From IMG/VR virus record IMGVR_UViG_3300045993_000138: a stretch of 64,000 nucleotides of DNA; one strand, given 5' to 3'. Source of the stretch: a virus. Its lineage: Duplodnaviria; Heunggongvirae; Uroviricota; Caudoviricetes. Below the pieces are notes generated by a model. That model saw nothing but the letters and a program-made list of their open reading frames with translations, did no database searches and was not told the origin of the DNA. Below are positions 39,518-51,982 of the stretch, one piece after another (positions within the stretch are counted from its first letter, which is position 1; each line of letters begins with the position of its first letter). Made by a program: the position numbers and the translations under genes.

Positions 39518-40314
39518 ACAAGATGCTTGGGGTGTTGTTGGAGAATACGCAGATGCTTTCGATGGATTTCGACTGGAAGTTGATAAGCTCAAAGAAGAGA
39601 ATAAGCGTCTAAGAGATGCTATTAAGTGGGTTCTGACTGATATGCAGTACAAGGCACCAGAACAGTTTAACGAAGAACTTGTGGGTACTTGGTATGTTCA
39701 CCTTCTACTAGCATTGGAGAATTGATATGAATAATAATGAAGTATATTTTGAATATCTGGATAAGCTACGCGAGTCTGGTGTCACCAACATGTTTGGTGC
39801 AGCACCATATCTTGCAGAGGCATTCAGTTTGACAAAGCCAGAGGCTAGAACAATTTTGGGTGAATGGATGAAGACATTCACAGAAAGACATTCGAAGAGA
39901 GCATAACATGCATCCTGCAATATACGCATTGATTTTGACAGTACAGTATAACACTGTTTATATAAACACCATTAATGGATTTGAATCCCGCGAATTGTGT
40001 ATGGCAGCAGCACAACGCTGGCTAGACCATCGTTTTGAAGTATATGACAGGACTGCCGTATGTGTACAGATGACTTATCCAAGAGACAGCAAATAGGAGA
40101 TTATGATGGCACTTGTAGAAATTGATATTGAAGAACATCTTTATGAAGTAGACACACAGAGTCTTGTCGATGAATTGGAATCGCGTCATGAAGATTATGA
40201 TAATGAAGTGAAGAGAATTCTCAACCGACTTTGGGAAGCCAAGTATTACGGAACTCCAGAGAAGTTTGATGAACTATTTCGAAACATTTGCGATGAACAT
40301 ATCGGCAAGGCAGC

Positions 40315-40343
40315 TTGATTCTTAATGATTAATCTGGTATAAT
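40315..40343 (+). promoter_or_regulatory. sigma70 promoter (TTGATT-N17-TATAAT, TGn)
   Basis: Upstream of ATG 40368. Confidence 0.4.
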
Positions 40344-40367
40344 AAAGGTTCATTACGGAGATTTATT

Positions 40368-40631
40368 ATGAATGAATCAGCAGATATGAAGGCACTCACC
40401 GAACAGTTACGAGAAGCGAACCATGAGATTTCTTCTCTAAGAGAGAAGGTGTCTGAGTGGCAGTATAAGTATTTTCGACTAGAAGATGATTATCAGAGTC
40501 TCCGTAATGATATGGAGAATACACTGGATAGTGATGCTGTGTTTGTAGAAGAGATTGATAGGTTACGTGAAGAGAATGTGAAACTCCAGAGATGGAAGGA
40601 TAACATGCTCACGGTTGTATATGAAGAGTGA
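40368..40631 (+). CDS. Coiled-coil hypothetical protein
   Basis: ORF. Confidence 0.35.
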   Translation: MNESADMKALTEQLREANHEISSLREKVSEWQYKYFRLEDDYQSLRNDMENTLDSDAVFVEEIDRLREENVKLQRWKDNMLTVVYEE

Positions 40632-40646
40632 TTGAGGAATTTTATT

Positions 40647-41075
40647 ATGAATAATGTTGAAAATGTACAGTTCCATATTAATAATGGACAGATTTACCTT
40701 GAAGTTAGTGGAGTCATGGTTCCAGTCAGGATTGGAACGGGAATCATCGATGATGATATTGTCTCCACAAAGAAGATGAAGAAGCCCAAGAATCTTGTAA
40801 AGACTGCCAATAGGGATTTTGGAAAGGTGACTAAAACCATTAGACTCAGTAAGTCAACTAATGAAAAACCAGATTCAAAGAGAATTCGCAGCACTGTTGT
40901 TAATTCGATTAAGGTTGGTCAGGTTCTGGCTACCAAGGCTGATGGAATTACTCAGCAACAAAACTATAACAGACAAACATCATGTGTCGATAAGATCCAG
41001 AAGAATACTGGTAAGAGATTCGTAGGAAGCAAGTATGGTCCTAATGGTGCAGTTATTCTAAAGAGAGTCAAGTAA
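40647..41075 (+). CDS. Hypothetical basic protein
   Basis: ORF. Confidence 0.35.
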   Translation: MNNVENVQFHINNGQIYLEVSGVMVPVRIGTGIIDDDIVSTKKMKKPKNLVKTANRDFGKVTKTIRLSKSTNEKPDSKRIRSTVVNSIKVGQVLATKADGITQQQNYNRQTSCVDKIQKNTGKRFVGSKYGPNGAVILKRVK

Positions 41076-41386
41076 TGTCAAAGAACAATTTTGCGCCAGA
41101 ATCAACTCTGCATAACAAGCCAGTCTGTATGATGAAATCGGCAGTTAATAAAACTGGACTCACCAAGGCTGTAATTTATAGTCGCCGCGCTCGATTTTGT
41201 AATATTGCAGTTGGATCTTTTCAAGAATTTAGAAAGAATAAGTTTCAGGAGAATTACACATTTAGAGAATGGGTGAAGCTATATTCAAATACCGCACATG
41301 CTTTAAAGAGAGAGAAGGGGGTTCATTTTAGAATCCAGTCTTTCGAAGAAAGAGGTATTGTGAGGGTGTATCGACTTAAGGTGTAG
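41075..41386 (+). CDS. Hypothetical protein
   Basis: ORF. Confidence 0.35.
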   Translation: MSKNNFAPESTLHNKPVCMMKSAVNKTGLTKAVIYSRRARFCNIAVGSFQEFRKNKFQENYTFREWVKLYSNTAHALKREKGVHFRIQSFEERGIVRVYRLKV

Positions 41387-41581
41387 TATAATGAGTAATG
41401 AAGTAACACGATACGAACTGGTCTGGATGGATTACAACGAAGCCGAAATGCTTCCTGTTGAAACTAGTGTCGGGAATGATGAATACGTTCGCGTAGAAGA
41501 TTACAACAAGCTTCTGGAAGAATATGAAATTCTTAAAGTAGAGTACGAACTAGCCGAAAAAGTTCTGGTTCATGAGGGACT

Positions 41582-41944
41582 ATGGAAGAGATAGATATAA
41601 TCAAGGATGATTTAGCAGACGCGCAACGAGAATTGCGTGCTATGAATGCTACATTAATGCATATCCGTCAACAACGTGAAGAGTTCAAGACTAAGGTTGA
41701 TGATCAGTCGGCAAGAATCTATCACCTTGAAGACAAGATGGAAACAATGCAAACGAATTATAGTAATCTTGATCGTATGTATCAAATGGCACTGGAACGT
41801 AACGAACACATGCGTGTCGCTATGACCAGTGTTCTACATAGATCAGTGTTGACTGGTAATTCAAAGAAAGATTGCGAATGTCCACGTTGCGTGACATTGC
41901 GCGAGGCACTTGAACACAGTATTGCAGATTGGAAGTTGGTATGA
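41582..41944 (+). CDS. Coiled-coil hypothetical protein
   Basis: ORF. Confidence 0.35.
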   Translation: MEEIDIIKDDLADAQRELRAMNATLMHIRQQREEFKTKVDDQSARIYHLEDKMETMQTNYSNLDRMYQMALERNEHMRVAMTSVLHRSVLTGNSKKDCECPRCVTLREALEHSIADWKLV

Positions 41945-42935
41945 TTAATAGCTATAGCGCAAATTGTGCAGGAACCGTTAATTCCTGTTTCTGTATTGGT
42001 CCGCAGGGTACCGAACCACTCTGTCCTTGCGCTATGCGTAGTGTCAAAGTACTGAATGGTAGATACATCATAGATCTTGGTCCTATTAAGCCAAAGGAAG
42101 CGATTGATTATTATACTGCGGCAAAATGCCGTCATGATTTCTCACCAGCATACAAGTGTCCACAATGTCAGGCAGAGTTAAAATATGAAGATTGATGATG
42201 AATACGATGATCCTTATGTTGTGGGTAGAATCACACAATTGGAAAATATTGCCAACACCGTTCCGATGTTTTCAGGAACTGTCTCTTGGACGAGAATAGT
42301 GACATCAGAAGAACGTTTGTGGAAGAGAATTGAAGAACTTGAAGATAGAGTGAAGTCTCTTGAGAATCTAATCAAAAAGCTTCCAATAGATAAAATGAAA
42401 GTATGGGGACCACCATGAACGCTATTACAGACAAGATTCGCGCAGTCTCAGAAAAGACAAATAGAAACATTCAGATCGTGGATACCATTATTCCACTGGT
42501 CGAAGAGATTCAGCGTCTGCGTTTGATTGTTACCACTCGCACGGGTGATGTCGATGCACTAGAAAGATCTTGGGATGAACTCTATGAAGAGAATATGATT
42601 CTTAAGAAGACTATCGAAGGGTTGGAAAAGCAAATAGAACGCGATACTAAAAGATTCATGACAGAGTTTGTAAGCAGACATGCCATGCACGCATGGCTAA
42701 ATGATGGAAAATAATGAGGTTACTGAATGACTAATGTAGTATGGAAGAAAGCATATACAAACGAAGCAAACACTGGATATTCACTTTTCGTTGACGGAAT
42801 TGACACCAGAGCAGTTATCGAACCACCACTACAGAGTAACATGGATGAAGTTTTACTGGAATCGCTGAACGATCCATTCTATCATCTGACTCCGAAACAA
42901 GTAGACCAAGCCATAAAGGAATCAAAGAAGTTATC

Positions 42936-44234
42936 ATGAGCATTTATCGTATTATTGAAAGACTAGAATCCATTAGTTCTCGCAATGAGAAGATGGAAAT
43001 TCTGCGTGAAGAAGTGAATAATGAACTTCTAAAGCAGGTGTTTTTTGCTGCATTGAATCCTCATATCAATTACTTCATCAAGAAGATTCCAGAGGAACTT
43101 CCAAAGGCACCAAAGACTCTACAGAGTATGGAATGGGCACTAGCCGAATTGAATGCACTATCAGCACGCACCGTAACTGGTCATGCTGGTATTGACCATT
43201 TGGCTCGCGTGTTGTCTTCTGTGAATGAAGATGATGCCGATATCATCGAACGTGTCATCAAGAAAGACATGGATTGTGGTGTCGATGTATCCACAGTCAA
43301 CAAGATCTGGAAGAATCTGATTCCAGACTATCCTGTGATGCTGGCAACTGCATTTGATCAGAAGCTTGCAGACAAGTGGAAGTTTCCTTCTGTGGTACAG
43401 AACAAGTTCGATGGTCTACGTGTCAATGTCATTGTACGTGGAACCAAGGTAGAGTTTCGCACCCGTAATGGAAAGCTAATCAATCTGCTAGGCGAAATGG
43501 ATGCCGAATTCATCAAGCTATCAAATGATCTTCCTATGGTATACGATGGTGAACTGTTGGTTTCAGATGGTCGCAATGGTGTTCTTCCTCGTAAGGAAGG
43601 TAATGGTATTCTAAACAAGGCACAGAAAGGCACCATCAGTCAGGATGATGCCGAGCGAGTTATCGTAAAGCTTTGGGATGCAATTCCATATCCACACTTT
43701 GTTGCTGGTTTCAGTGATCTAGAATACAAGAATCGTCTGGTATTCCTATTTCCTGTCGCAAAGTTAAAGATTAATCGAATTGCCGTAGCTGAAACACACG
43801 TTGTCGAAGATATGGAAGACGTTCAGAAGCACTATCAGGCAGCACTCGCGGCTGGTGAAGAAGGTGTCATTCTAAAGGATATGGATGCACCTTGGGAGAG
43901 CAAGCGTTCGAAGCATCTAATGAAGTTCAAGGCAGAACTTGAATGTGATCTAAAGTGTGTCGAATGGATCGAAGGCACTGGTAAGTATAAAGGAATGCTA
44001 GGTGCATTGTTGCTTGAAAGTGCCGACAAGAAGGTTAATGTATCAGTAGGATCTGGATTCAATGATAAGCAACGCAAGACACTTAAAAAGAAGGATTGTG
44101 TAGGTAAGGTTGTTGCAGTCAAGTATAACGCACTGATTGAGAATATGAAGGGTGCAAAGAGTCTGTTCCTGCCGATCTTCATTGAACTGCGTGAAGATAA
44201 GTCAAAAGCTGATAGTTTGAAGGATATCAAGTAA
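42936..44234 (+). CDS. ATP-dependent DNA ligase
   Basis: Motif I KFDGLR (KxDGxR), motif III/IV region YDGELLV, motif V ILKDMDAPWE, and a C-terminal OB-fold region. Confidence 0.7.
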   Translation: MSIYRIIERLESISSRNEKMEILREEVNNELLKQVFFAALNPHINYFIKKIPEELPKAPKTLQSMEWALAELNALSARTVTGHAGIDHLARVLSSVNEDDADIIERVIKKDMDCGVDVSTVNKIWKNLIPDYPVMLATAFDQKLADKWKFPSVVQNKFDGLRVNVIVRGTKVEFRTRNGKLINLLGEMDAEFIKLSNDLPMVYDGELLVSDGRNGVLPRKEGNGILNKAQKGTISQDDAERVIVKLWDAIPYPHFVAGFSDLEYKNRLVFLFPVAKLKINRIAVAETHVVEDMEDVQKHYQAALAAGEEGVILKDMDAPWESKRSKHLMKFKAELECDLKCVEWIEGTGKYKGMLGALLLESADKKVNVSVGSGFNDKQRKTLKKKDCVGKVVAVKYNALIENMKGAKSLFLPIFIELREDKSKADSLKDIK

Positions 44235-44749
44235 TGAACAACTATGTAAGACATGCATTAGCAGAATTTCGTGCTGCTGGATGGATGGATAAAGACCACA
44301 ATTATAGTGATGAAATGCAAGAAGCAATGTGTCTTCATGTGTTAAAGCTACTCGATGCATTTCATGGTGAGGGACATTCTGGATCTTCTGCACCATATGC
44401 AGTAAATCTATTCAAGTCTCTAGCATTATTCGAACCAATTGTTCCACTGACTGGCGAAGATTGGGAATGGAATGAAGTTGGACATTATGGAGAGGGAGTT
44501 GGTGTTAGTGTATATCAGAACAATCGTTGCTCTCATGTATTCAAGCAAGAAGATTGTTTCGATGGTCAGCCATACGATAGTGAAGGTGTAGTCTTTTGGG
44601 ATTGGCATAAGGATACTGAAACTGGCGAAATGCATAAGGCACATTTTACTTGTGCAGATAGTCGCGTTCCTGTTACGTTTCCATATACACCAAAGAAAAC
44701 CTATAAGTTCAGACCATCAGAAGAATTTCCAAATGAGGTATTGTCATGA
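44234..44749 (+). CDS. Hypothetical protein
   Basis: ORF. Confidence 0.35.
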   Translation: MNNYVRHALAEFRAAGWMDKDHNYSDEMQEAMCLHVLKLLDAFHGEGHSGSSAPYAVNLFKSLALFEPIVPLTGEDWEWNEVGHYGEGVGVSVYQNNRCSHVFKQEDCFDGQPYDSEGVVFWDWHKDTETGEMHKAHFTCADSRVPVTFPYTPKKTYKFRPSEEFPNEVLS

Positions 44750-44998
44750 AAGTAAAGCAACTGATCAAGCTATTGAAAGATCTAGATCCAGATCTACAGG
44801 TTATTCTACAGAGAGATCTAGAAGGTAATGGATACTCACCACTGAGTGGGGTAGATGACGAAGATGTTCTCTATGGAGAAGATGATGATGGTGGGATGGC
44901 TATGTCAACACAAGATCTTGCCGAGGACATCGAAAATGGATATCTCAGCGAAGATCACGAATTTGTTCCTTGTGTAATTCTATTTCCAGAGCGTTAAT

Positions 44999-45484
44999 AT
45001 GTCCCTAATCAGAACAAAAGGTGATCTAATCTCACTAGCATTCGAAGGTCACTTTGATGTGATCGTTCATGGCTGCAACTGTTATTGTGCTATGGGTGCT
45101 GGTATTGCCAGAGACATTGCAGACCGTATTCCTGCCGCATATGATGCAGACAAGTTTACTGTGCGTGGTGATGCCAGCAAGATTGGTACGTACACGGCAG
45201 TTAGCGTTCCGACAAAAACAAGTCCAGTATCACTCTTTATGGTAGTGAATGCCTATACTCAGGTTATTCCATCATGGTCGAACCGGAATGTATTCGAATA
45301 CGATGGATTCGAGAGGATTCTGAATTCTCTTGCCGTAGAATACAAAGGTTCACGATTCGGATTCCCATATATCGGTATGGGACTTGCTGGTGGCGATAAG
45401 ACTCGCATCATTCCAATGATCGAAGCATTCGCGGACAAGGTAACATTGGCAGGTGGAACGGTAACTCTAGTGGAGTTTGGATAA
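44999..45484 (+). CDS. Macro domain protein (ADP-ribose binding/processing)
   Basis: DVIVHGCNCYCAMGAGIARDI matches the macro-domain Gly-rich loop. Confidence 0.55.
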   Translation: MSLIRTKGDLISLAFEGHFDVIVHGCNCYCAMGAGIARDIADRIPAAYDADKFTVRGDASKIGTYTAVSVPTKTSPVSLFMVVNAYTQVIPSWSNRNVFEYDGFERILNSLAVEYKGSRFGFPYIGMGLAGGDKTRIIPMIEAFADKVTLAGGTVTLVEFG

Positions 45485-46146
45485 TGAGAGTAGCATTCCA
45501 AAAAGAACATTATGGATATCTCCTGCGTTTCTGGAGTACCAAATCAATGCACTGGCATGAAGTTGCCTATGTAATATTCGGTATTAAAGGTCTACAATTG
45601 GAAATGCACACACCTTCAACGTGGCATGAACATGCTCGCGTCTGGTTCACAATCGGATTAGGTATAATCACAATTTCGTTTTCTCTGCCGTGGCATGGTA
45701 AGATCGTAGAAGATCATTATCAGTGTTCTGGTGCGCGATATGGATTTCAATTCTTTGAGGATCTATTCTGGATTCACTTCGGTCAAGATACAGGAAGAAG
45801 TATTGATCCTAAGAAAACTCTGACATTCTATATGCCGTGGCATTGGGATCATAAGGAACATAAAATCCTCTCAGAGTATGAAACACACCCATATACCTAT
45901 ATTTTGAAGGATGGTGAAGTCCAACTACGCAATGCCAAAATCAGAAAAGAAAGTAGATTGTGGAAGCGTTGGTGGATTCCATACAGAATGTATAGAGAAT
46001 ATATCGATGTTCAGTTCAACGAAGAAGTCGGTGAACGTGCAGGATCGTGGAAGGGTGGATGCACTGGCTGTTCATACGATATGAAGAAAGGTGAAACACC
46101 AGTAGAAACACTAGGTAGAATGGAACTAGAGAGAGTTTTCAAGTGA
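45484..46146 (+). CDS. Hypothetical protein
   Basis: ORF. Confidence 0.35.
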   Translation: MRVAFQKEHYGYLLRFWSTKSMHWHEVAYVIFGIKGLQLEMHTPSTWHEHARVWFTIGLGIITISFSLPWHGKIVEDHYQCSGARYGFQFFEDLFWIHFGQDTGRSIDPKKTLTFYMPWHWDHKEHKILSEYETHPYTYILKDGEVQLRNAKIRKESRLWKRWWIPYRMYREYIDVQFNEEVGERAGSWKGGCTGCSYDMKKGETPVETLGRMELERVFK

Positions 46147-46496
46147 GCATTCCATATCTTATATATTACTACGAACCCAATCCAGACTTTGAAAAGTTGT
46201 GGATGCTAGCGGATATTGAAATTCCAAGTCAAGAATTATATGACTGTATGCTTGGTAACTGGATGACTCTCGGTAGATCAATTCCACCATATGAAGAATG
46301 GTCAACGAAAGTTCGCCAATCTCAACTTGAATCGAATATTGAATCCAGTAAATGTGCATTAAAGGTTGGTAAGATGGCTATATTGGATGAAGAAGATTTG
46401 CTAAAGAAACTGGCAGAATTTCCAGCGACAACAAGATTCATGGACAAAGACATACAAGTGAAATTTGATGGAGTGAAGAATGAACGAAAAGATTAA
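46143..46496 (+). CDS. Hypothetical protein
   Basis: ORF. Confidence 0.3.
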   Translation: MSIPYLIYYYEPNPDFEKLWMLADIEIPSQELYDCMLGNWMTLGRSIPPYEEWSTKVRQSQLESNIESSKCALKVGKMAILDEEDLLKKLAEFPATTRFMDKDIQVKFDGVKNERKD

Positions 46497-49400
46497 AGAA
46501 CTCATTGAACAGTCTCACATTCTCATTCCACATGAAAGAGAATGGAACGTGAACGTAAAGACATTCAGTAAAGAGAAGTTTGTAAATTTGCTTCTGAATG
46601 AAGTCATCGAAATCGTCCAGTGGTATCCAGAAGTTAACAATCAGAGAGAACAGGATGTATTGAATCAGGCAGTCGGACGCATTATTGAATTGTATGGAGT
46701 AAAATATGAAAATCCCAATGACTAGAGAGGATATTGAACTAATCAGTGCCGTAGTGGAAGAGAACGATCTGAACACATTTTATTTGGTTGTTGAAAATGG
46801 TTCTGGTATTGGTTCTACTATGAGTGTTGAACTTGATATACACATCAACGGCAGAAAGGCAAAGGCATATATTCCTATTGCAGATGTGGAGAATTGGTAA
46901 TGAACCAAAGATTTAAGGCACCATATAATTGCACAAGATGCAATCTAGTATGGGATGGAAACCAGAAAGATGGTAGAAGAGAGGGCTGGAGATTTCATGG
47001 AACATTGAATTATTGTCCAGATCACAAACAGTTTCAATTTAGTTTAGGCGATAGGGATTTATAATATGGATAAGAATATTCATTTACTTGCTGAACGATG
47101 CGATGGTCAAATGACAACTTGTGAAATGGGATGTACTGGATTTAATTACATCAAATTCGCTGATCTGCTATTGAAAGAAGCAATCACAGTCATGAATCAA
47201 GAATGGTATGAACTGAATAACAGACAGCATCCAGAGAAAGAATCAGACAGAGACATTGGATTCCGTGTAGGGCAGAAGAGTCAGACTCTATTGCTCATGG
47301 GAAAGATCAAGAAACATTTTGGAGTAGAGTGATGAACGAAACAGATGAAAAACCTTCCCATTGGGAAGTTCAATATGGTCGTCTTCAAAAGAAGATGGTC
47401 AAGCTAAGACAACAGCGTGATCACTGGAAGGAACGCACGGATTTCTTTCATGAAATGCTGCGTTATTATCCATATGCTGAGAAATCTCATAAAGACTATC
47501 AGCAACGTATTAAGGATCAGAATGAACTCCAAGATCTACGCAAGCGTGTGAAGGAACAGGAATTGCTGATTGATAGACTTGTCAAAGAGAATGTCAAAGA
47601 GAATGGGAGAGCATGATGGCACCGTATTTCGTAATAATAGCAGCAGTTTTGACAATACTCTCTGGTTGTGCTACAATGAAGAGGCACCGCGAAGAATTCG
47701 TAATAGACTGTATCAATCACGGTGGCACAGTATTGATCTATAAGCATACCAGAAAGTGTATTGAGAAGCATGACGATAATCTATCCAGATGATGGAACTC
47801 CCAGACATGATCTAATGACTGCAAATTTCATGCATTCATTGGCACATGATATTGTGAGTGTCCAGCCAATGAACATTGGTGATGTTACGATGGGTGGCGA
47901 GAACATCTTTAGCTATTCATATGAGAAGATGATGTTTGATAGAATCTCACACAACAGATGGGAAGATGATGGTGGACAAGTATAATGAATAACAATCAGT
48001 ATAAGTCATATGCTATTTCTAGTCTTTGTGGAGTAGTTTTAGGAACTACTGGCATTCAGCACAACTGGTTGGTGTTTGTGCTTACACTAATGATCTTTTT
48101 CTTGAACTTATCTATTGAGTGATATGAATGAAACTCTCACAATTGTGTTCATATTTCAATGAAGACGAGCTAAAGGTATTGATTGTCGGCAAATATTATG
48201 GTCAGGATTCCATTCCAACGAAACATGAGATAATGCGATTTTTGATGAAAGAATGCAGAGGTAGAGCAAACCCTTTGTTGGTTGAAGAAGTTGTAAATGA
48301 ATGGTGGGATAGCAAATATGGCGAAAAATGAATATGAAAACTTTGGTGAATGGTTCGAAGATAATTGTCCACCAATTCTAAAGATACCACTATACGTTAT
48401 TGCAATTCCATTTGTGCTTCTGTTTCTTTGTGTTGGTTGGTTATTCCTACCACCTAGACTTGCCAGAGAATGGCTTGGTATCAATAGTAACAGAGATTAT
48501 GATAGTAGGGGTGGATGATGAAAATCGATGATTACACAAGAACTCTAGAGGCTGCTCTAAACGGTGCGTTGAATAGAATCAATGGACTTGATTATCAAAT
48601 TCAGGAACTTACTTCTGCTCTGCGTGTAGAAGAAGGAACAAACTGTGATCTTCGCAGACAAATCAGTTATGCCAAGACTTTCCTAGTAGATGAAGTCAGA
48701 ACAACAGACGATAGAATTGAAAAGTCATACAGAGTTCTAGGTGGAACTAGTTATTTTGATCTGATGGATGAAGAGAAAGATTCATATGTGGATATGGCAG
48801 AAAACGATATGAGGCAACCATGATGAATAATGCTGGCGCTATATTAATCTGCATATTTCTAGTTCCTATTGCATATCTAATGGGAATGGCACACCAGAGT
48901 ATTCGTGAGTTTAATAGTGCCTTAGATAAAGCACAAGAATATGAGAACGATGAAGATCGTCGTCTAGGAATCAATCGTCTCATAAGAGAGAACATTGAGG
49001 CATACAAGAGAGAACAGAAATTCCTTCGTATTGCCAAAAAAGAACTTGCGGATGAATTGTGGGATGCACGTTGTGGAGTTAAAACTCATGAGTAAGACTT
49101 CGTTATCAGCAAATCTGAGATTAGTCTCTAAATGGACAGTATCACACATGCGCGAGGCGGCAGATAGAATAGATAATCTGGAAAGTCTATTGAAGAATCG
49201 CCCAACAACGGACAATCTAATTTCAGACTATGTAGAATGGTCGAATGAAGTTGAAAAGGTATTGAAAAATGAGCAGTAGTGCAAAAGAATTCTATGATCT
49301 AGAACAGGAAAGTGCGTATAACGAACGTCTGGATAGAATCAAGAAACTAAAGCCAGAAGAGATACTGAAGGCATTGGAAAGTATCGATACCAACATTCAA

Positions 49401-50955
49401 CTGTTGGACATCGATAAAATGAGATTAAAGCACACTGAATGGTGGAGACTGGATCAGATTCGCCGCGCAACACACAAACTATTGACTGGTAAGGATCTAC
49501 AATAATGGGAATCTCTAGAAAACACATCAGAATATGGCTTCTAACATGCGAAGAGTGTTCACTGACACAATTACATCAGCCATGCGAGGCATGTCCCAAT
49601 AGACATGCACAGGGACTATGAAAGTAAACTTCACAGAAGAACAGCACATGCGTATCATAGAGATTCTTGAAGATGAAATGTTTCGTCAACAAAAGATCTA
49701 CGAAAGACGAATGATGAATAGAATAGAACAAGGTCGCCTTGAAGAATTGAATGAATTGATTGAAGTATTACGGAGCGCAAAGAAATGAGAACAATGAGAG
49801 CAAAGATGAAGATTTCCACCATAACAAAGTATGGAAGAGTTGAAGGTAAGACAGAGAGTGTTACATTAAAATTCAATGCAGTTTCTGCATCACAATATCC
49901 AGCAGATGGTAGTGATGAAGACAATTCATTCGCAAAGTGGACTCCAAATGCAGATTTAAATATGGTAATTACAAATCCAGATCTATTAGATAAGTTTGAT
50001 GCTGGTCAGACCTTTTATGTGGATTTTACTAAGGTATAATGATATGAAAATCCTAGAACGTGGAACACCACCCGGTGAACAGGTATTCAGAGTATCTTGC
50101 AAAACATGCAAGAGCAAGCTGGAGTTCACGGCAGGAGAAGCCAAGCATGACACTGATCGGCGAGGCGGAAATGATGAATGGTGGAAGGTAGATTGTCCAG
50201 TGTGCAAGCAATTGGTATATGGATACAGGAATGATATCGTTGTGAAGGATTCAAATGACTGAGAAAATCAATCTATGGCTTGATGATATCCGTCCCGCTC
50301 CGTGGGGATGGGTTCATGTCAAGACTGATGCAGAAGCCAGATGGTATCTAGAGAAAGGAATGGTGCAGCAAATGTCGCTGGATCATGATCTAGGTGCGTG
50401 CGAAGATTGCATGGGTGGCAACACCGTCGAGCAATGGCTTGAAAAGTTTGCATTCCGCAGTATGCCCAACTGTGACCATTTCGGCACTGGATACACTCTA
50501 GTTTGCTGGATGGAAGAGACAGGTCATTGGTCTGACGAGAAGCCAACTGTACACTCTGCAAATCCAGTAGGACGCGCAAAGATGCAGGTTGCAATCAATA
50601 GGAAGTTTTCATGAAAGAATATGAAGATTCAATTTACTATGAAGCATATCGAATGCTAGATAGGTGGCGTGATTGGTCTGAACACCATAACCTAACTATT
50701 GAGGAATTCGTCAAGCTTGTTGGTGATTCAGATGAACTACAAGAAAAGCTTTGGGCAAAGTCGAAGGATTTTGATTAATGACTACTACAAAGAAATTATC
50801 CATCATACTAGGATTCTGGACAGCATTCTTTGGTTTTATATGGTTAGCTTTTTGGCATCCAGATGTACTATTTGTTTTAAGTATTGTACTGCCGGTGGTA
50901 GCATCGTCAGTATGGATATGGAATATTTTGAGCGGCTTCGGAGATAAACATTCCA

Positions 50956-51159
50956 ATGAATAATCCAATTGGTGAGATAGATCAAAAGACATTGCCATGT
51001 CCATTCTGTGGATCTAGGGCAATGATAGAGAACTATATAATCGAAGCCGCAGTGTTCTGTACAAACACACATTGTGGTGCAAAAGTAAAGGCAAAACATG
51101 CTCCAAGGCATGACACTGGTATTGAAGAAGCAATAGAGAAATGGGAACGAAGAGTATGA
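50956..51159 (+). CDS. Lar-family small zinc-ribbon protein
   Basis: LPCPFCGS...CTNTHCG. Confidence 0.4.
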   Translation: MNNPIGEIDQKTLPCPFCGSRAMIENYIIEAAVFCTNTHCGAKVKAKHAPRHDTGIEEAIEKWERRV

Positions 51160-51982
51160 ATACAATTAATTTTCTGACTGTATTTGGATATTTACTACCA
51201 ACTGTCGTAAACTTCTTGTATACTATTATTCATACGATTGAAGATTGGAAGTCAGATAGTAAAGAACCAATAATGCTCTATAGAAAAGTAACACTCGGAT
51301 ACATTCTATTGGCACTGTTTTTCACATTCACACCAATCATCAATGCATTCTATTTTCTAATTGTAGCAGCACCAGAATTCTTCAGTGAGGTGTGTGATGT
51401 GATCTCGAAGATTCTCACTACACCATTGAATAGGACAAAACATGATGCAAGCTAAAATATGTCCTACTTGTATGCAAGCCTATCCAGCAAATACGATACA
51501 CTCATGTAAGGCTGCTAATAGTATATCTCCACCACCACCATTACCAAAGCCAGCATGGGCAACAGAGATATCTGATAAGATCGATGTTCTCGGTGAAGTA
51601 ATGAAACTGCGTGAGATATTGTCACAGCAGATTACCATTAATCGTGCATTATTGAAAGAAAATTCAAAGCTAAAGAAGAAAATAGACGATCTGGAAAACC
51701 AGACATGGCACAGGATGCCTAACTAGTAATAAATACAGTTACCAAAGCCATTCAAGAGTAAGGAAACTGAATAGTAGAAATCTGTTCTACAGCACTGTAA
51801 CTGGTTCTATATTAATACTTGTATCTTGTTCGAATCCTGAATTTCCACCAATCACAGAAGAAAGAGTTAATGCTGTCAAAGGCAGCATTACCCGTACTCC
51901 TGATAAAACTATTACAGAAACGATAGCAACAGTCCCGCGTCGTCCAAGACCCCAACACAATGAACGCCCAAGTGTTGAGACT

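Noticed and set aside
38702-39652. 316-aa minus-strand ORF
   Set aside because: It lies antisense to the GC-rich part of the + strand gene 38774-39517. It is Arg/Ala-rich with no RBS, which is typical of spurious open frames in GC-rich DNA.
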